Part shown: positions 9,529-18,412 of the stretch, one piece after another
How positions within the stretch are numbered: the stretch's first letter is position 1
How the letters are laid out: each line of letters opens with the position of its first letter
Source: Flavobacteriales bacterium
Lineage (GTDB): Bacteria; Bacteroidota; Bacteroidia; JACJYZ01
Assembly: GCA_020635855.1 (NCBI GenBank)
Contig: JACJYZ010000002.1
Coordinates: forward strand, 79,937 to 143,936
DNA: 64,000 nt
Reading direction: 5' to 3'
Notes under the pieces: model-generated
Told to the model about the DNA's origin: nothing
What the model saw: the letters and a program-made list of their open reading frames with translations, nothing else
Databases searched by the model: none
Made by a program: the position numbers and the translations under genes

Positions 9529-10821
9529 ATGAAGAAAGTCATTCGGAACCGCCTGCTGTGCGCACTGTGTGCCGTGCTGTTATTCGGGTGTGCCAAAGAC
9601 AAGGATGTGAACGATCCGGTGGTCACATGGACGCAACCCGCCGTGGCTTCTTCCTATGATGTGGGCGATAGCGTGGAAGTGGATGCCTGGGTGGAAGATG
9701 ACGTGCAGTTAACATCCGTTCGTGTATCCATTGTGAACCCATCGCTGGTGGCCGTGCTGCCGGTGGCCGTGACACCCGTGGAGGAATACAAACGCAGGGG
9801 CATCCGCATGTCCATCCCCCTGGATGATGTGCACCTGCTTTCGGGAAAACACTTTGTATTGATCTACGCATCGGATGGTGTCAACGAAACCCGCAGCTTC
9901 CGCGAGATTTACATCCATGCATTTCCACCGGAAAGAGAAGCCATTTATGCATTGACCGACCGCAATGGCAAACCCGTGGTGGTGCGGTATGACAGTATTG
10001 CCACGGAAGTCATCACCGGCACCGGGGACTACAGCACGGCGGCCATCAACTCCTGGGACCACCAGCTGTACCTGTGCGGCAGGGCTACCGGCGACCTTGA
10101 AGCGTACCGGCTTAGCGATCATCAGCTTGCCTGGTTGAAGTCCGGACAAACCAATCTACCCTGGAATACATTTGAAGGCGTGTATGTGAACGACCGCACC
10201 TGCTATGCCCTGTACCGCGATGGCCGCATCATCGGGTTCGACCTCTTCGGCAATGCCGTGTTCAATGCAACGGTTACGGAAGGTTACCGGCCCGTTTTTC
10301 TTTTCCAGCATGCCGACAAGCTCGTGTGTGTGGAAAAGGAAAATGTAGGCGGAAAGGAAAAGTTCGTGCTCATCAACACCGTGGGCGGCGTGGGGTTGCA
10401 GGAGGCATTGCTCGACTTTGCGGTGGTGCGGGTGTTCACACGCGACAGCGATCACCTGATGGTGTTTGGAAACCGGTCGGGTCAGGGTGTGATCATGGAA
10501 TATACCTTGTCACAAAACGGGTTCTGGGAGCCGCATACGTTGCCGGCGGGTGTGTTGTCGGACGCGGTGCAGGTGGATGCCAACACCTACCTGGTATCCA
10601 TGGCCGACGGCATTCGCAAGTTCACATACAACCCTTTGGGTCTGGTGGATTACATCCCGGGTGTGTCGGTTCAATGCATGGCGTACGACAGTGCGTCGGA
10701 TGAAGTGATCACCGGTTCGGGACAGGTGCTGGGCAGGTATGCCTATGCGGGCGCCGTGCCGGTGAACCAGGTCATACTGTCCGACTCCATTGTGAAGCTG
10801 ATGGTGCTTTGGAACAAATAG
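9529..10821 (+). CDS. hypothetical lipoprotein
   Basis: MKKVIRNRLLCALCAVLLFGC lipobox signal. About 430 aa with no recognisable motif. The ORF as listed starts at 9493. Confidence 0.5.
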   Translation: MKKVIRNRLLCALCAVLLFGCAKDKDVNDPVVTWTQPAVASSYDVGDSVEVDAWVEDDVQLTSVRVSIVNPSLVAVLPVAVTPVEEYKRRGIRMSIPLDDVHLLSGKHFVLIYASDGVNETRSFREIYIHAFPPEREAIYALTDRNGKPVVVRYDSIATEVITGTGDYSTAAINSWDHQLYLCGRATGDLEAYRLSDHQLAWLKSGQTNLPWNTFEGVYVNDRTCYALYRDGRIIGFDLFGNAVFNATVTEGYRPVFLFQHADKLVCVEKENVGGKEKFVLINTVGGVGLQEALLDFAVVRVFTRDSDHLMVFGNRSGQGVIMEYTLSQNGFWEPHTLPAGVLSDAVQVDANTYLVSMADGIRKFTYNPLGLVDYIPGVSVQCMAYDSASDEVITGSGQVLGRYAYAGAVPVNQVILSDSIVKLMVLWNK

Positions 10822-10836
10822 CGATCAGGAAGTTTT

Positions 10837-10911
10837 TTGAACCACATAGGCACATAACACACATAGGCTATGTGTTTTTTCTATTGTGACCTATGTGTCT
10901 ATGTGGTTCAA
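10837..10911. repeat. palindromic intergenic element (TGAACCACATAGGCACA family), copy 1
   Basis: Arms tgaaccacatag (10838-10849) and ctatgtggttca (10899-10910). Internal CACATAG/CTATGTG units. Contains ctattgtgac, which is the reverse complement of the loop in copy 2. Confidence 0.65.
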
Positions 10912-10912
10912 A

Positions 10913-11917
10913 TCAGGAAGCCTTGTCCTTTGCTTTCTGCTCTTTTTCCAGGTCTTCCTCGCCTTCGATCACGGGGCCCATCGCAGAGAACTTCATGATG
11001 CGGTCGTGAATGCGGTCTTCCGGTGCCATGGCATCCAATACGGCCAGGTGTTTCATGATTTCCTTTTTCACGATGGCGATGGCTTCGTCGGGGTGGGTGT
11101 GTGCACCGCCCAGGGGTTCTTTGATGATGCCGTCGATGAGTTTGTTGGACAGCATGTCTTCGGCGGTGAGCTTGAGGGCTTCGGCGGCTTTTTCCTTGAA
11201 GTCCCAGCTGCGCCACAGGATGCTGGAGCATGACTCCGGGGAGATCACGCTGTACCAGGTGTTTTCCATCATCAGCACCTTGTCGCCGATGCCGATGCCG
11301 AGTGCACCTCCGGAGGCGCCTTCACCGATCACGATGCAGATCACGGGCACGCGCAGCTGCGTCATCTCAAGCAGGTTGCGTGCGATGGCTTCGCCTTGTC
11401 CGCGTTCCTCGGCTTCCAGTCCGGGATAGGCGCCCGGGGTATCTATTAAGGTCACGATGGGTTTGTTGAACTTCTCCGCCATTTTCATCAGGCGGAGGGC
11501 CTTGCGGTACCCTTCGGGGTTGGCCATACCAAAGTTACGGTACTGGCGCATCTTGGTGTTGATCCCTTTCTGGTGACCGATGAACATGATGGAGCGCCCT
11601 TCAATGGAAGCGAACCCGCCCACGATGGCTTTGTCGTCTTTCACGGTGCGGTCGCCGTGCAGCTCCAGGAAGCTGCCTTCGTCGGTCATGCCCTGAATAT
11701 ACTTGAGGGTGTAGGGGCGTTCGGGGTGTCTGGACAGCTGCACGCGCTGCCAGGCGGTGAGGTTGCCGTATACCTTCTTGCGTGTCTCGTCGATCTTCTT
11801 GAGCAGCTGATTCTCCGTTTCGGAGGTATCCACGCTTCCTTCGGACTTGACCTCCCGGATCTTGTCCAGTTGGGTCATCAGTTCTTCAATCGGCTTTTCG
11901 AATTCCAGGTATATCAT
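10913..11917 (-). CDS. accA: acetyl-CoA carboxylase carboxyltransferase subunit alpha
   Basis: Full-length collinear match to AccA ([18 protein letters not shown]...[25 protein letters not shown]...). 334 aa. Confidence 0.93.
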   Translation of the reverse strand: MIYLEFEKPIEELMTQLDKIREVKSEGSVDTSETENQLLKKIDETRKKVYGNLTAWQRVQLSRHPERPYTLKYIQGMTDEGSFLELHGDRTVKDDKAIVGGFASIEGRSIMFIGHQKGINTKMRQYRNFGMANPEGYRKALRLMKMAEKFNKPIVTLIDTPGAYPGLEAEERGQGEAIARNLLEMTQLRVPVICIVIGEGASGGALGIGIGDKVLMMENTWYSVISPESCSSILWRSWDFKEKAAEALKLTAEDMLSNKLIDGIIKEPLGGAHTHPDEAIAIVKKEIMKHLAVLDAMAPEDRIHDRIMKFSAMGPVIEGEEDLEKEQKAKDKAS

Positions 11918-11992
11918 GATGATGGATGATGGCTAAAGCCCCGCAAGGTACAAAATCCGGTGGGGAAGTGCCAGAGGGGTGAGGGATAGGGG

Positions 11993-12048
11993 GTAAGGGG
12001 GTAAGGAGGTAATGAAGTAAGGAAGTAAGGAAGTAAGGAAGTAAAGGG
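11993..12048. repeat. 8-bp tandem repeat (GTAAGGAA)x~7, partly degenerate
   Basis: gtaagggg gtaaggag gtaatgaa gtaaggaa gtaaggaa gtaaggaa gtaaaggg. Lies in the divergent intergenic region between accA (-) and the first island gene (+). Confidence 0.7.
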
Positions 12049-12118
12049 TGTATGATGGGGGAGTGAAGGAATTGTTGTAGATTTTGAGACGGGATAACCG
12101 ATTGGCAAGTACTTTCAA

Positions 12119-12685
12119 ATGATGCGACCATTCATCTTTTCACTGACAATTTTACTATTGAACGGTTGTGGGCCTTCTGCCGTTCAGACCAATAACCCAC
12201 GGGATGACACTTTGGCCAATGACAACATACCTGAATCAACCAATAGACGGTATTTGCAGCCTGACAGTCTAATCTCGACTGCTGGTGACTTTAATGGGGA
12301 CAGTCATCAGGATTTGGCAACCGTTGTTCCTCCATCGATGGATAATTTGGGTCACTGCGAAAAATGCATCACTAAAATCGCCTTCTCCGACAGCATAGAC
12401 ACCTTGACAATTCCTTATGAAGCAAATGGTGCAATCATTTTTAATGCGGGTGACTTAGACGGTAACAAGACGGATGAGTTACTTGTAATTCCAGGCTGGT
12501 TTAACAGCTGTCTCGGAACGCAATGGGTCTATACTTACAGGATCAACAAATGGGATACGGTAGCAAGCGGGCAAATCAATCGCTGTATTCCGCAAAACAC
12601 AATCAAAAAAATAAAGAACGGACTGTTTCAAATGACTCAGTATATGGATGGGCAAGACAGCATAACAACAATGAAAATTAAATAG
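12119..12685 (+). CDS. hypothetical lipoprotein with FG-GAP/VCBS-like Gly-Asp motifs
   Basis: Signal plus lipobox (LLLNGCG). GDFNGDSHQDLATV and GDLDGNKTDELLVI motifs. AT-rich coding. Confidence 0.5.
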   Translation: MMRPFIFSLTILLLNGCGPSAVQTNNPRDDTLANDNIPESTNRRYLQPDSLISTAGDFNGDSHQDLATVVPPSMDNLGHCEKCITKIAFSDSIDTLTIPYEANGAIIFNAGDLDGNKTDELLVIPGWFNSCLGTQWVYTYRINKWDTVASGQINRCIPQNTIKKIKNGLFQMTQYMDGQDSITTMKIK

Positions 12686-12739
12686 TAAGATAAACACATT
12701 ACACTTTGAGTCACCATAGATTTGCAACTATTAGTTAGG

Positions 12740-12789
12740 CGTTAGGCGAAGGTTGTACCTTCGTCTTTTTATCCTGTAGCATTCGCTAC
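12740..12789. repeat. about 50-bp post-stop intergenic repeat (family A), copy 1
   Basis: gttaggcgaaggttgtaccttcgtctttttatcctgtagcattcgctac. About 90% identical to 18365-18412. Confidence 0.6.
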
Positions 12790-12860
12790 ATAAGCTGCCC
12801 GTGTAAGAGAACAATTCATACATTACACTCGACTGTATGGCTGACACCCGCTAAACCACC

Positions 12861-13604
12861 ATGACGAAGTTCTTCACATATTGCTTCGACAAATGGTGGA
12901 AACCCATTCTGTTTTCTGGTTTCACCCTCGGGCTTGTTGTAGCAAGTGAATTCATCCAGAACAACATTTTCGGGTGGTTTAGCTTCATGCTTTTCGGGTC
13001 GGGTATGCTCGGACTTGTTATCTCCATCGTATATCAATTGATAAAAAAGCGATGGTTAAAAGCGATCCTGACCGGACTGTTCTTTGGTGGAACCATTGCT
13101 GCATTTGTGGTATACGTCTTATTCTCGTTTTTCTTGGAAACAGTGGACGGTGACAAATGGGCTGACAATTTGAAGATTCCAACGGACATACAACTTGACA
13201 TACCAGTTGACCTGGCGTTAAGAAATCAAAGGCAGGATAGTGTTCCGGCATGGACCAAGTACACAGGAGATTTTCAGCTTTACAATTCGTTTCAGCCAGG
13301 ATTATATGAGTACGACTTCTGGACAGGCAAAATTGAAGCCGGGACAATTTATCTTAAAGCCTTTGAGATTACCCAGGAGTATGCTCTTTCCACAGATTGG
13401 CTCCCTGAACGAAGTGCAGTCAAAATTTACAATCCAACGGACAGTATACTTAAATTTGGTACGACAACACATTTCACCATTTACGAGGGCGATTGGGGTA
13501 AACCGTATGCCGCAAGATTTGAGGTTTGGTTTAAGCCCGATAAAGGTGGACAGGAGCGAAAACTATTCATGGAAAATTATAAGATTGAAGGATGGCAGCG
13601 GTAA
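12861..13604 (+). CDS. hypothetical membrane protein (three predicted N-terminal TM helices plus soluble C-terminal domain)
   Basis: Hydrophobic segments FSGFTLGLVVA, FGWFSFMLFGSGMLGLVISIV and AILTGLFFGGTIAAFVVYVLF. No recognisable motif. Confidence 0.5.
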   Translation: MTKFFTYCFDKWWKPILFSGFTLGLVVASEFIQNNIFGWFSFMLFGSGMLGLVISIVYQLIKKRWLKAILTGLFFGGTIAAFVVYVLFSFFLETVDGDKWADNLKIPTDIQLDIPVDLALRNQRQDSVPAWTKYTGDFQLYNSFQPGLYEYDFWTGKIEAGTIYLKAFEITQEYALSTDWLPERSAVKIYNPTDSILKFGTTTHFTIYEGDWGKPYAARFEVWFKPDKGGQERKLFMENYKIEGWQR

Positions 13605-13658
13605 CGGGTAAGGTTCGCATATTAGGAGCAGGTTGCACATCTGTTTTATCTTTAAATT

Positions 13659-13775
13659 ATGACTGATATAACCCCCAAATGCTGCGACACAATGGCGTAC
13701 CACTCCACCCACCACTGCACGCAGCATACAAGCAAATATGATTGTCCGGATGCTTTAGTTGACAGCAAGAGATGA
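13659..13775 (+). CDS. truncated copy (38 aa) of small Cys/His-rich protein (paralog of 15940-16149)
   Basis: MTDITPKCCDTMAYHSTHHCTQHTSKYDCPDALVDSKR*. About 85% nt identity to the first 100 nt of 15940-16149. Its TGA stop overlaps the ATG of the next gene (ATGA). Confidence 0.5.
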   Translation: MTDITPKCCDTMAYHSTHHCTQHTSKYDCPDALVDSKR

Positions 13776-14593
13776 CAGGAAATTTGGCACAACTTATTGC
13801 ATTGGCAACATACGGCAATGCTTATTTGACGACAGGAAGTTTACCTGACGACTTTTACCCGGCAAACACGACTTTTCAGTTTTGCAGATCAGTGGATTTT
13901 TTGGCGCTCAGGAAAACTTTCTTCTTTTCTAAACCGAAGGAAACCATTGTTGCAGTCACGCCAATAGATTGGTTTAAGATGCTGAAAAAAGACAGCTGCA
14001 AAAAAATTAGACTTTACTTTCAATATTCCAAGGATCAAAGTTTTGCTAAAGACCACAAATTGGCTGGCTTGGTTGGTGGTGGTGGGACGTGGTTAATTGA
14101 GACAATTTTTGACAGCTATTCTGATTATTGGGTCGGGAGATGGGAGGTGAAGGATCCAAATGCACCTGACCATAACATTTGGAAAGTAAGTTATGATTTG
14201 ATAGCACCACACAACAGGACGACTGATATAAAAGTGAATCTGGATGGTGTCAAGAAAAAAATTAGCCAAACATTGACGGAGATTGCTTCCTTCGCTTCTC
14301 AATTAGAAAATCAGTATTGGATGGAGCAGTTTAATAAAGCTAAGGAAGTGCTGTCAAGTGCTAGCCCCAAAGAAAATTATTATCACAAGGATTTAATTGT
14401 TGTCGGCAATTACTCATTGAAGGCACAACAAGTTTTATTTGCCGCGGGCTGTGCTTGGGTTTTTGGTGGTATGGGTTCTTGGAACGACATCGGCTTTGAC
14501 AACAAAGAGGATGAGAATAGATATGATGAACTTTCAGCACAACTTTATGACGACATTAATCAATCAATATTGGCAGTGGTTAACTCATATTGA
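13772..14593 (+). CDS. hypothetical cytosolic protein (no recognisable domain)
   Basis: 273-aa ORF with no signal peptide. Start is coupled by an ATGA overlap to the upstream truncated small ORF. AT-rich. Confidence 0.45.
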   Translation: MTGNLAQLIALATYGNAYLTTGSLPDDFYPANTTFQFCRSVDFLALRKTFFFSKPKETIVAVTPIDWFKMLKKDSCKKIRLYFQYSKDQSFAKDHKLAGLVGGGGTWLIETIFDSYSDYWVGRWEVKDPNAPDHNIWKVSYDLIAPHNRTTDIKVNLDGVKKKISQTLTEIASFASQLENQYWMEQFNKAKEVLSSASPKENYYHKDLIVVGNYSLKAQQVLFAAGCAWVFGGMGSWNDIGFDNKEDENRYDELSAQLYDDINQSILAVVNSY

Positions 14594-14731
14594 CCAAGAC
14601 AGACGTAAGCCAAAGCCCGCACGTTTGTCTCCTTATTTTTTGGAATTTGCCATCCTGCTCCATCCCAACACCCCCCTTTCTTATGCGGTAAAAAGTCCAA
14701 TTAATCACCGCAAATATGCGGTAAAAAAATG

Positions 14732-14739
14732 TATATTTG
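14732..14739 (+). promoter_or_regulatory. Bacteroidetes sigma-A -7 box TATATTTG upstream of the Fic gene
   Basis: Exact TAnnTTTG match 19 nt upstream of the Fic ATG. Two direct repeats TATGCGGTAAAAA (14682-14694, 14715-14727) lie just upstream and may be operator sites. Confidence 0.4.
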
Positions 14740-14757
14740 TCGCATAGCGTTTGAGCA

Positions 14758-15864
14758 ATGGCGAAATATATCTATGAACAAAAGAACTGGACGGCCTTTA
14801 CCTGGCAAGACAAAGCCATCAATGCCGTGTTCGGAGAGGTTCGCCTGATGCAAGGCAAAATCATCGGGCAGATGAACGCCCTCGGTTTTTCTGCCAAGGA
14901 AGAAGCCACGCTGACCGCATTGACATTGGACGTGGTTAAATCATCGGAAATAGAAGGTGAAATGCTCAACTATGACCAGGTGCGTTCGTCCATTGCCAGA
15001 CGCTTGGGCATCAACACCGCCGGACTTGTACCAAGCAGTCGCCACGTAGAAGGCACCGTGGAAATGATGTTGGATGCCACCCAGCGTTTCAACCAGCCTT
15101 TGACCCAGAAACGTTTGTTTGGCTGGCACGCAGCACTCTTCCCCACGGGATACAGCGGTCCGTACAAAATAGAAGTGGGAAAATACCGCACCGGAGAAAT
15201 GCAGGTGGTGTCGGGGGCAATGGGAAAAGAGAAAGTGCATTACCAGGCAGTAAAGCCGGAGCGCGTAAAAACGGAAATGAAAACGTTTCTGGACTGGTTC
15301 AACAAAGACAACAGTTTGGACCCTGTGCTGAAAGCAGCCATCGCTCACTTTTGGTTCATCATCATTCATCCCTTTGATGACGGAAACGGAAGAATCGGAA
15401 GGGCCATCACCGATATGTTGCTGGCCCGGGCAGAAGGCAGCGGAGAACGCTTTTACAGCATGTCAAGTCAGATATTGACCGAGCGAAAACAGTATTACAA
15501 AGTATTGCAGGATGTGCAACACAGCACGGGCGACATTACCGAATGGCTCGATTGGTTTTTGCATTGCCTCAAAAAGGCGATGCTCGCTACCGAAAACACC
15601 ACCCGGAAAGTAATCCGTAAAGCGGAGTTCTGGAAACTGCACGAACACACGCCCATCAATGAACGTCAACGACGAATGCTCAACAAACTGTTTGACGGAT
15701 TCGATGGAAAATTGCAAACATCCAAGTGGGCAAAAATCACCAAAACATCAACAGATACCGCTTTGCGTGACATAAAAGACCTGGTGGCAAAAGGTATCCT
15801 TCAGCCGACAAAAGAAGGTGGGCGAAATGCGAATTATGAACTGGCAGACTTCGAATGGGAATAG
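14758..15864 (+). CDS. Fic/DOC family protein with N-terminal DUF4172 (Fic_N) domain; class II Fic with inhibitory motif
   Basis: Fic active-site motif HPFDDGNGRIGRAI (HxFx[DE]GNGRxxR). N-terminal inhibitory helix motif SSEIEG ([ST]xxxE[GN]). N-terminus MAKYIYEQKNWTAFTW is typical of DUF4172. Confidence 0.85.
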   Translation: MAKYIYEQKNWTAFTWQDKAINAVFGEVRLMQGKIIGQMNALGFSAKEEATLTALTLDVVKSSEIEGEMLNYDQVRSSIARRLGINTAGLVPSSRHVEGTVEMMLDATQRFNQPLTQKRLFGWHAALFPTGYSGPYKIEVGKYRTGEMQVVSGAMGKEKVHYQAVKPERVKTEMKTFLDWFNKDNSLDPVLKAAIAHFWFIIIHPFDDGNGRIGRAITDMLLARAEGSGERFYSMSSQILTERKQYYKVLQDVQHSTGDITEWLDWFLHCLKKAMLATENTTRKVIRKAEFWKLHEHTPINERQRRMLNKLFDGFDGKLQTSKWAKITKTSTDTALRDIKDLVAKGILQPTKEGGRNANYELADFEWE

Positions 15865-15939
15865 TCATGTGACGCAGCAACGAATGATGCGGGGGGGTAT
15901 CTTCGACGAAGATTGCACTCCATACTTATTATATAAATC

Positions 15940-16149
15940 ATGACCGATGCCAACACCAAATGCTGTGACATGATGGCGTACCACTCCACTCACCACTGCA
16001 CGCAGCATGCAAGGAAATATGATTGTCCGGATACCCTGATTGACTATAGCGATAAAACCGGCGATTACAGACTCATCATTCATGACGGAGGCACATCCGG
16101 CATTCGAAATGAATATTGTCCCTGGTGCGGAAGCAGGTTAAAAAAATAA
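15940..16149 (+). CDS. small Cys/His-rich zinc-ribbon-like protein (69 aa), uncharacterised
   Basis: MTDANTKCCDMMAYHSTHHCTQH...CPWCGSRLKK. CC...HHC and CPWC pairs suggest metal binding. Paralogous truncated copy at 13659. Confidence 0.5.
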   Translation: MTDANTKCCDMMAYHSTHHCTQHARKYDCPDTLIDYSDKTGDYRLIIHDGGTSGIRNEYCPWCGSRLKK

Positions 16150-16155
16150 TGGTAA

Positions 16156-16551
16156 GTGGAAATCAACGACCGCGTTATATTGAACACATTTTCCGGTACC
16201 GGTTCACCCGTTCGTAAGGTTGACCCGAAAGAAAATTACCGGAAATTAATCGGTCAGGCCGGCACCATCATAGATAAAAGAGACGATCGTGTTTTGGTTT
16301 TATTCGACTGCGAGGTGGACCTATTCGGACTGGAGAATCATAACCCCGTTAAGAACATCTTGTGGATTTTACGGATTGACCTAAGAAGGATTGGTTCCGA
16401 TATGATGACGCTAACCGACACAGACCTGCTCGCCAGATACAACGGTGGACAAAGGCAGTTCAGGGATATTGAAGTTGAGGATGGCGACTTGCAAAGGACA
16501 GACCTGAAAAATATATCGTTTGATGGTTGTTTCCTGTTTTGTTGGGCGTAG
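16156..16551 (+). CDS. hypothetical protein, C-terminus weakly pentapeptide-repeat-like
   Basis: 131 aa, starting 6 nt after the small ORF stop. C-terminus LLARYNGGQRQFRDIEVEDGDLQRTDLKNISFDGCFL has A(D/N)Lxx-like periodicity and ends abruptly. Confidence 0.4.
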   Translation: MEINDRVILNTFSGTGSPVRKVDPKENYRKLIGQAGTIIDKRDDRVLVLFDCEVDLFGLENHNPVKNILWILRIDLRRIGSDMMTLTDTDLLARYNGGQRQFRDIEVEDGDLQRTDLKNISFDGCFLFCWA

Positions 16552-16621
16552 GTTGTGGTTCGTTTCTTTATCTTGCAGTATGCGATATACGCTTCCTGTT
16601 GTTACATATCAATAAACCCAA

Positions 16622-17371
16622 ATGAAATCAAAATCAATCATTCTTCTATTTGGACTAACGGCATTCTTCTTCGGTTGCGCGGAGAAAAAAGAAGGTGAAC
16701 AGAAGACTACTATGCTTTCAAATTTTGTGAGCATTACGGATAACGAAGACAAAGGAATTAAGGAGATTCTTGCATTCTATGGTGGGCAATGCAAATATGC
16801 CGTTGGTGTTTCAGCTTCAACCGACCAGGGAAAGGAAAAGTATTTTGAGCTTGAAATGAGCCAAAGCGAGATAGTCGAAAAATATGCAAACATGGCTCAA
16901 TTGCCGGCTTCCAATGTGGCATATATATTTTATAAAAACCTGAAGGAAGAAAAGGATCATTATCATGAGATACATACCGTCCTCACATTCAAAGACGGTG
17001 GAGAAATGACGTATACGTATCCCATGGAACAACTCGATCTGGTCGCAGGCAGAATGTCAACGGTGAACAAAATCGTGGAACTGATAAAAACAAATCAGTT
17101 TCAGGAAATCAAACCATTCCTGAACGATACCTCGGCAGCCAAATATGACAAGAACGAACTCGTTGCAAATATGGAAAAGTTGAACCCCCAACTTGGGGAG
17201 GTGAAGGAGTTCTTGCCTTACGGATTCAGGATAACGGAAAAGGAAAATGGCAAAAGGTATTTGCACATTTCAGGTGGGATACTCAGAGAAGTGCAAAACC
17301 ATGAATTCAGTGCTGATTTCGATTTGGACAGACCCAAGGATGAATTGCTCATGATCAGATATTCATTATAA
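16622..17371 (+). CDS. hypothetical lipoprotein
   Basis: MKSKSIILLFGLTAFFFGC lipobox signal. 249 aa. AT-rich. Confidence 0.5.
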   Translation: MKSKSIILLFGLTAFFFGCAEKKEGEQKTTMLSNFVSITDNEDKGIKEILAFYGGQCKYAVGVSASTDQGKEKYFELEMSQSEIVEKYANMAQLPASNVAYIFYKNLKEEKDHYHEIHTVLTFKDGGEMTYTYPMEQLDLVAGRMSTVNKIVELIKTNQFQEIKPFLNDTSAAKYDKNELVANMEKLNPQLGEVKEFLPYGFRITEKENGKRYLHISGGILREVQNHEFSADFDLDRPKDELLMIRYSL

Positions 17372-17407
17372 AAATGTGAGCAAGGAGCGTCGCATCACTT
17401 TTGCAAA

Positions 17408-17917
17408 ATGACCTTCAAACAAAAACTGGCAGCCTACGTCATCGGGTATTTGACCGATAAAGACATTCCTGACATCGGTATAAGTGCACTCTCGGAGGGA
17501 TTGGAAAGTGAAAACCTGACCATCATGGCCGGGCTTAGTGAAAACGAAAACCGCTTTGTGCTTCGCGGCTATTTTACAAAAGCCCTTGAGGATATGCAAT
17601 TGCAGTTACCTGATACCTCCGAGGCGAAGATGACCATCGTTGACTACTATGCAGATGAAATCATCGCCGGAAGATTGGACCCTTATGATGGATATGAGAC
17701 GCTGCAAAGGGCCATTGGATTTGATGATGATAAGGACAGGTACGATTTAGGGGAAGCTTACCGTGACTACATCGTCCTTTGGGAAACGCATACAAACGGA
17801 CTTTGCTTTTATGATAAGTCCAAAACAACAAAAGAGCAATTCATCGTCGATACGAATGAGGCATTGGTGAACGCATTGAAAAGGAGAAAAGCCCGTGTTT
17901 CTGGATTGAAACGTTAA
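17408..17917 (+). CDS. hypothetical acidic cytosolic protein (immunity-protein-like architecture)
   Basis: 169 aa, no signal peptide, acidic and helical. No recognisable motif. Confidence 0.4.
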   Translation: MTFKQKLAAYVIGYLTDKDIPDIGISALSEGLESENLTIMAGLSENENRFVLRGYFTKALEDMQLQLPDTSEAKMTIVDYYADEIIAGRLDPYDGYETLQRAIGFDDDKDRYDLGEAYRDYIVLWETHTNGLCFYDKSKTTKEQFIVDTNEALVNALKRRKARVSGLKR

Positions 17918-17921
17918 AAAA

Positions 17922-18326
17922 ATGAAAGCAAATGGTGTGCTTCTGTTCATGGTTTTCGCATGTGCGCTCATGGCCTGCTGCATAAGTGCGAAAGAAGATT
18001 TCCTGGGCAACAACATGTATCTGTCCGAGTATAACAACGTGGACAGAAGAATACTTTACCAAAAAGAAAGTTGTGCAACAACGGGTACACAAATTGTTCC
18101 AATGACGGTGCTGGAAATTGCCCATGACGCCCACTGGATCATAGCTAAATCCGGAAACAAACGACAACAGAATGATTACAAATATTGGGTGATAAAAAAC
18201 AACTACGATTCAATACCGGATGCAAAAACCGTCGAAGAAAATACAATTGAATTCGACAGTTATGATTTGTTTATAGCCTACTTAAAAGACAACCGGATTC
18301 ATCTGGAGTTGGAAAGATTGGAATGA
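17922..18326 (+). CDS. hypothetical lipoprotein
   Basis: Signal peptide with Cys (MKANGVLLFMVFACALMACC). 134 aa. Confidence 0.45.
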   Translation: MKANGVLLFMVFACALMACCISAKEDFLGNNMYLSEYNNVDRRILYQKESCATTGTQIVPMTVLEIAHDAHWIIAKSGNKRQQNDYKYWVIKNNYDSIPDAKTVEENTIEFDSYDLFIAYLKDNRIHLELERLE

Positions 18327-18364
18327 AATCCAGTTCTCCCTGGTATGCCAAATGGTAAGGCACG

Positions 18365-18412
18365 TTAGGCGTAGGTTGCATCTTCGTCTTTCTATCCTGT
18401 AGCATCCGCTAC
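18365..18412. repeat. about 50-bp post-stop intergenic repeat (family A), copy 2
   Basis: gttaggcgtaggttgcatcttcgtctttctatcctgtagcatccgctac, 38 nt after the 17922-18326 stop codon. Confidence 0.6.

Noticed and set aside
11993-12048. CRISPR array
   Set aside because: The 8-bp units are contiguous with no spacers. There are no cas genes. This is a simple tandem repeat.
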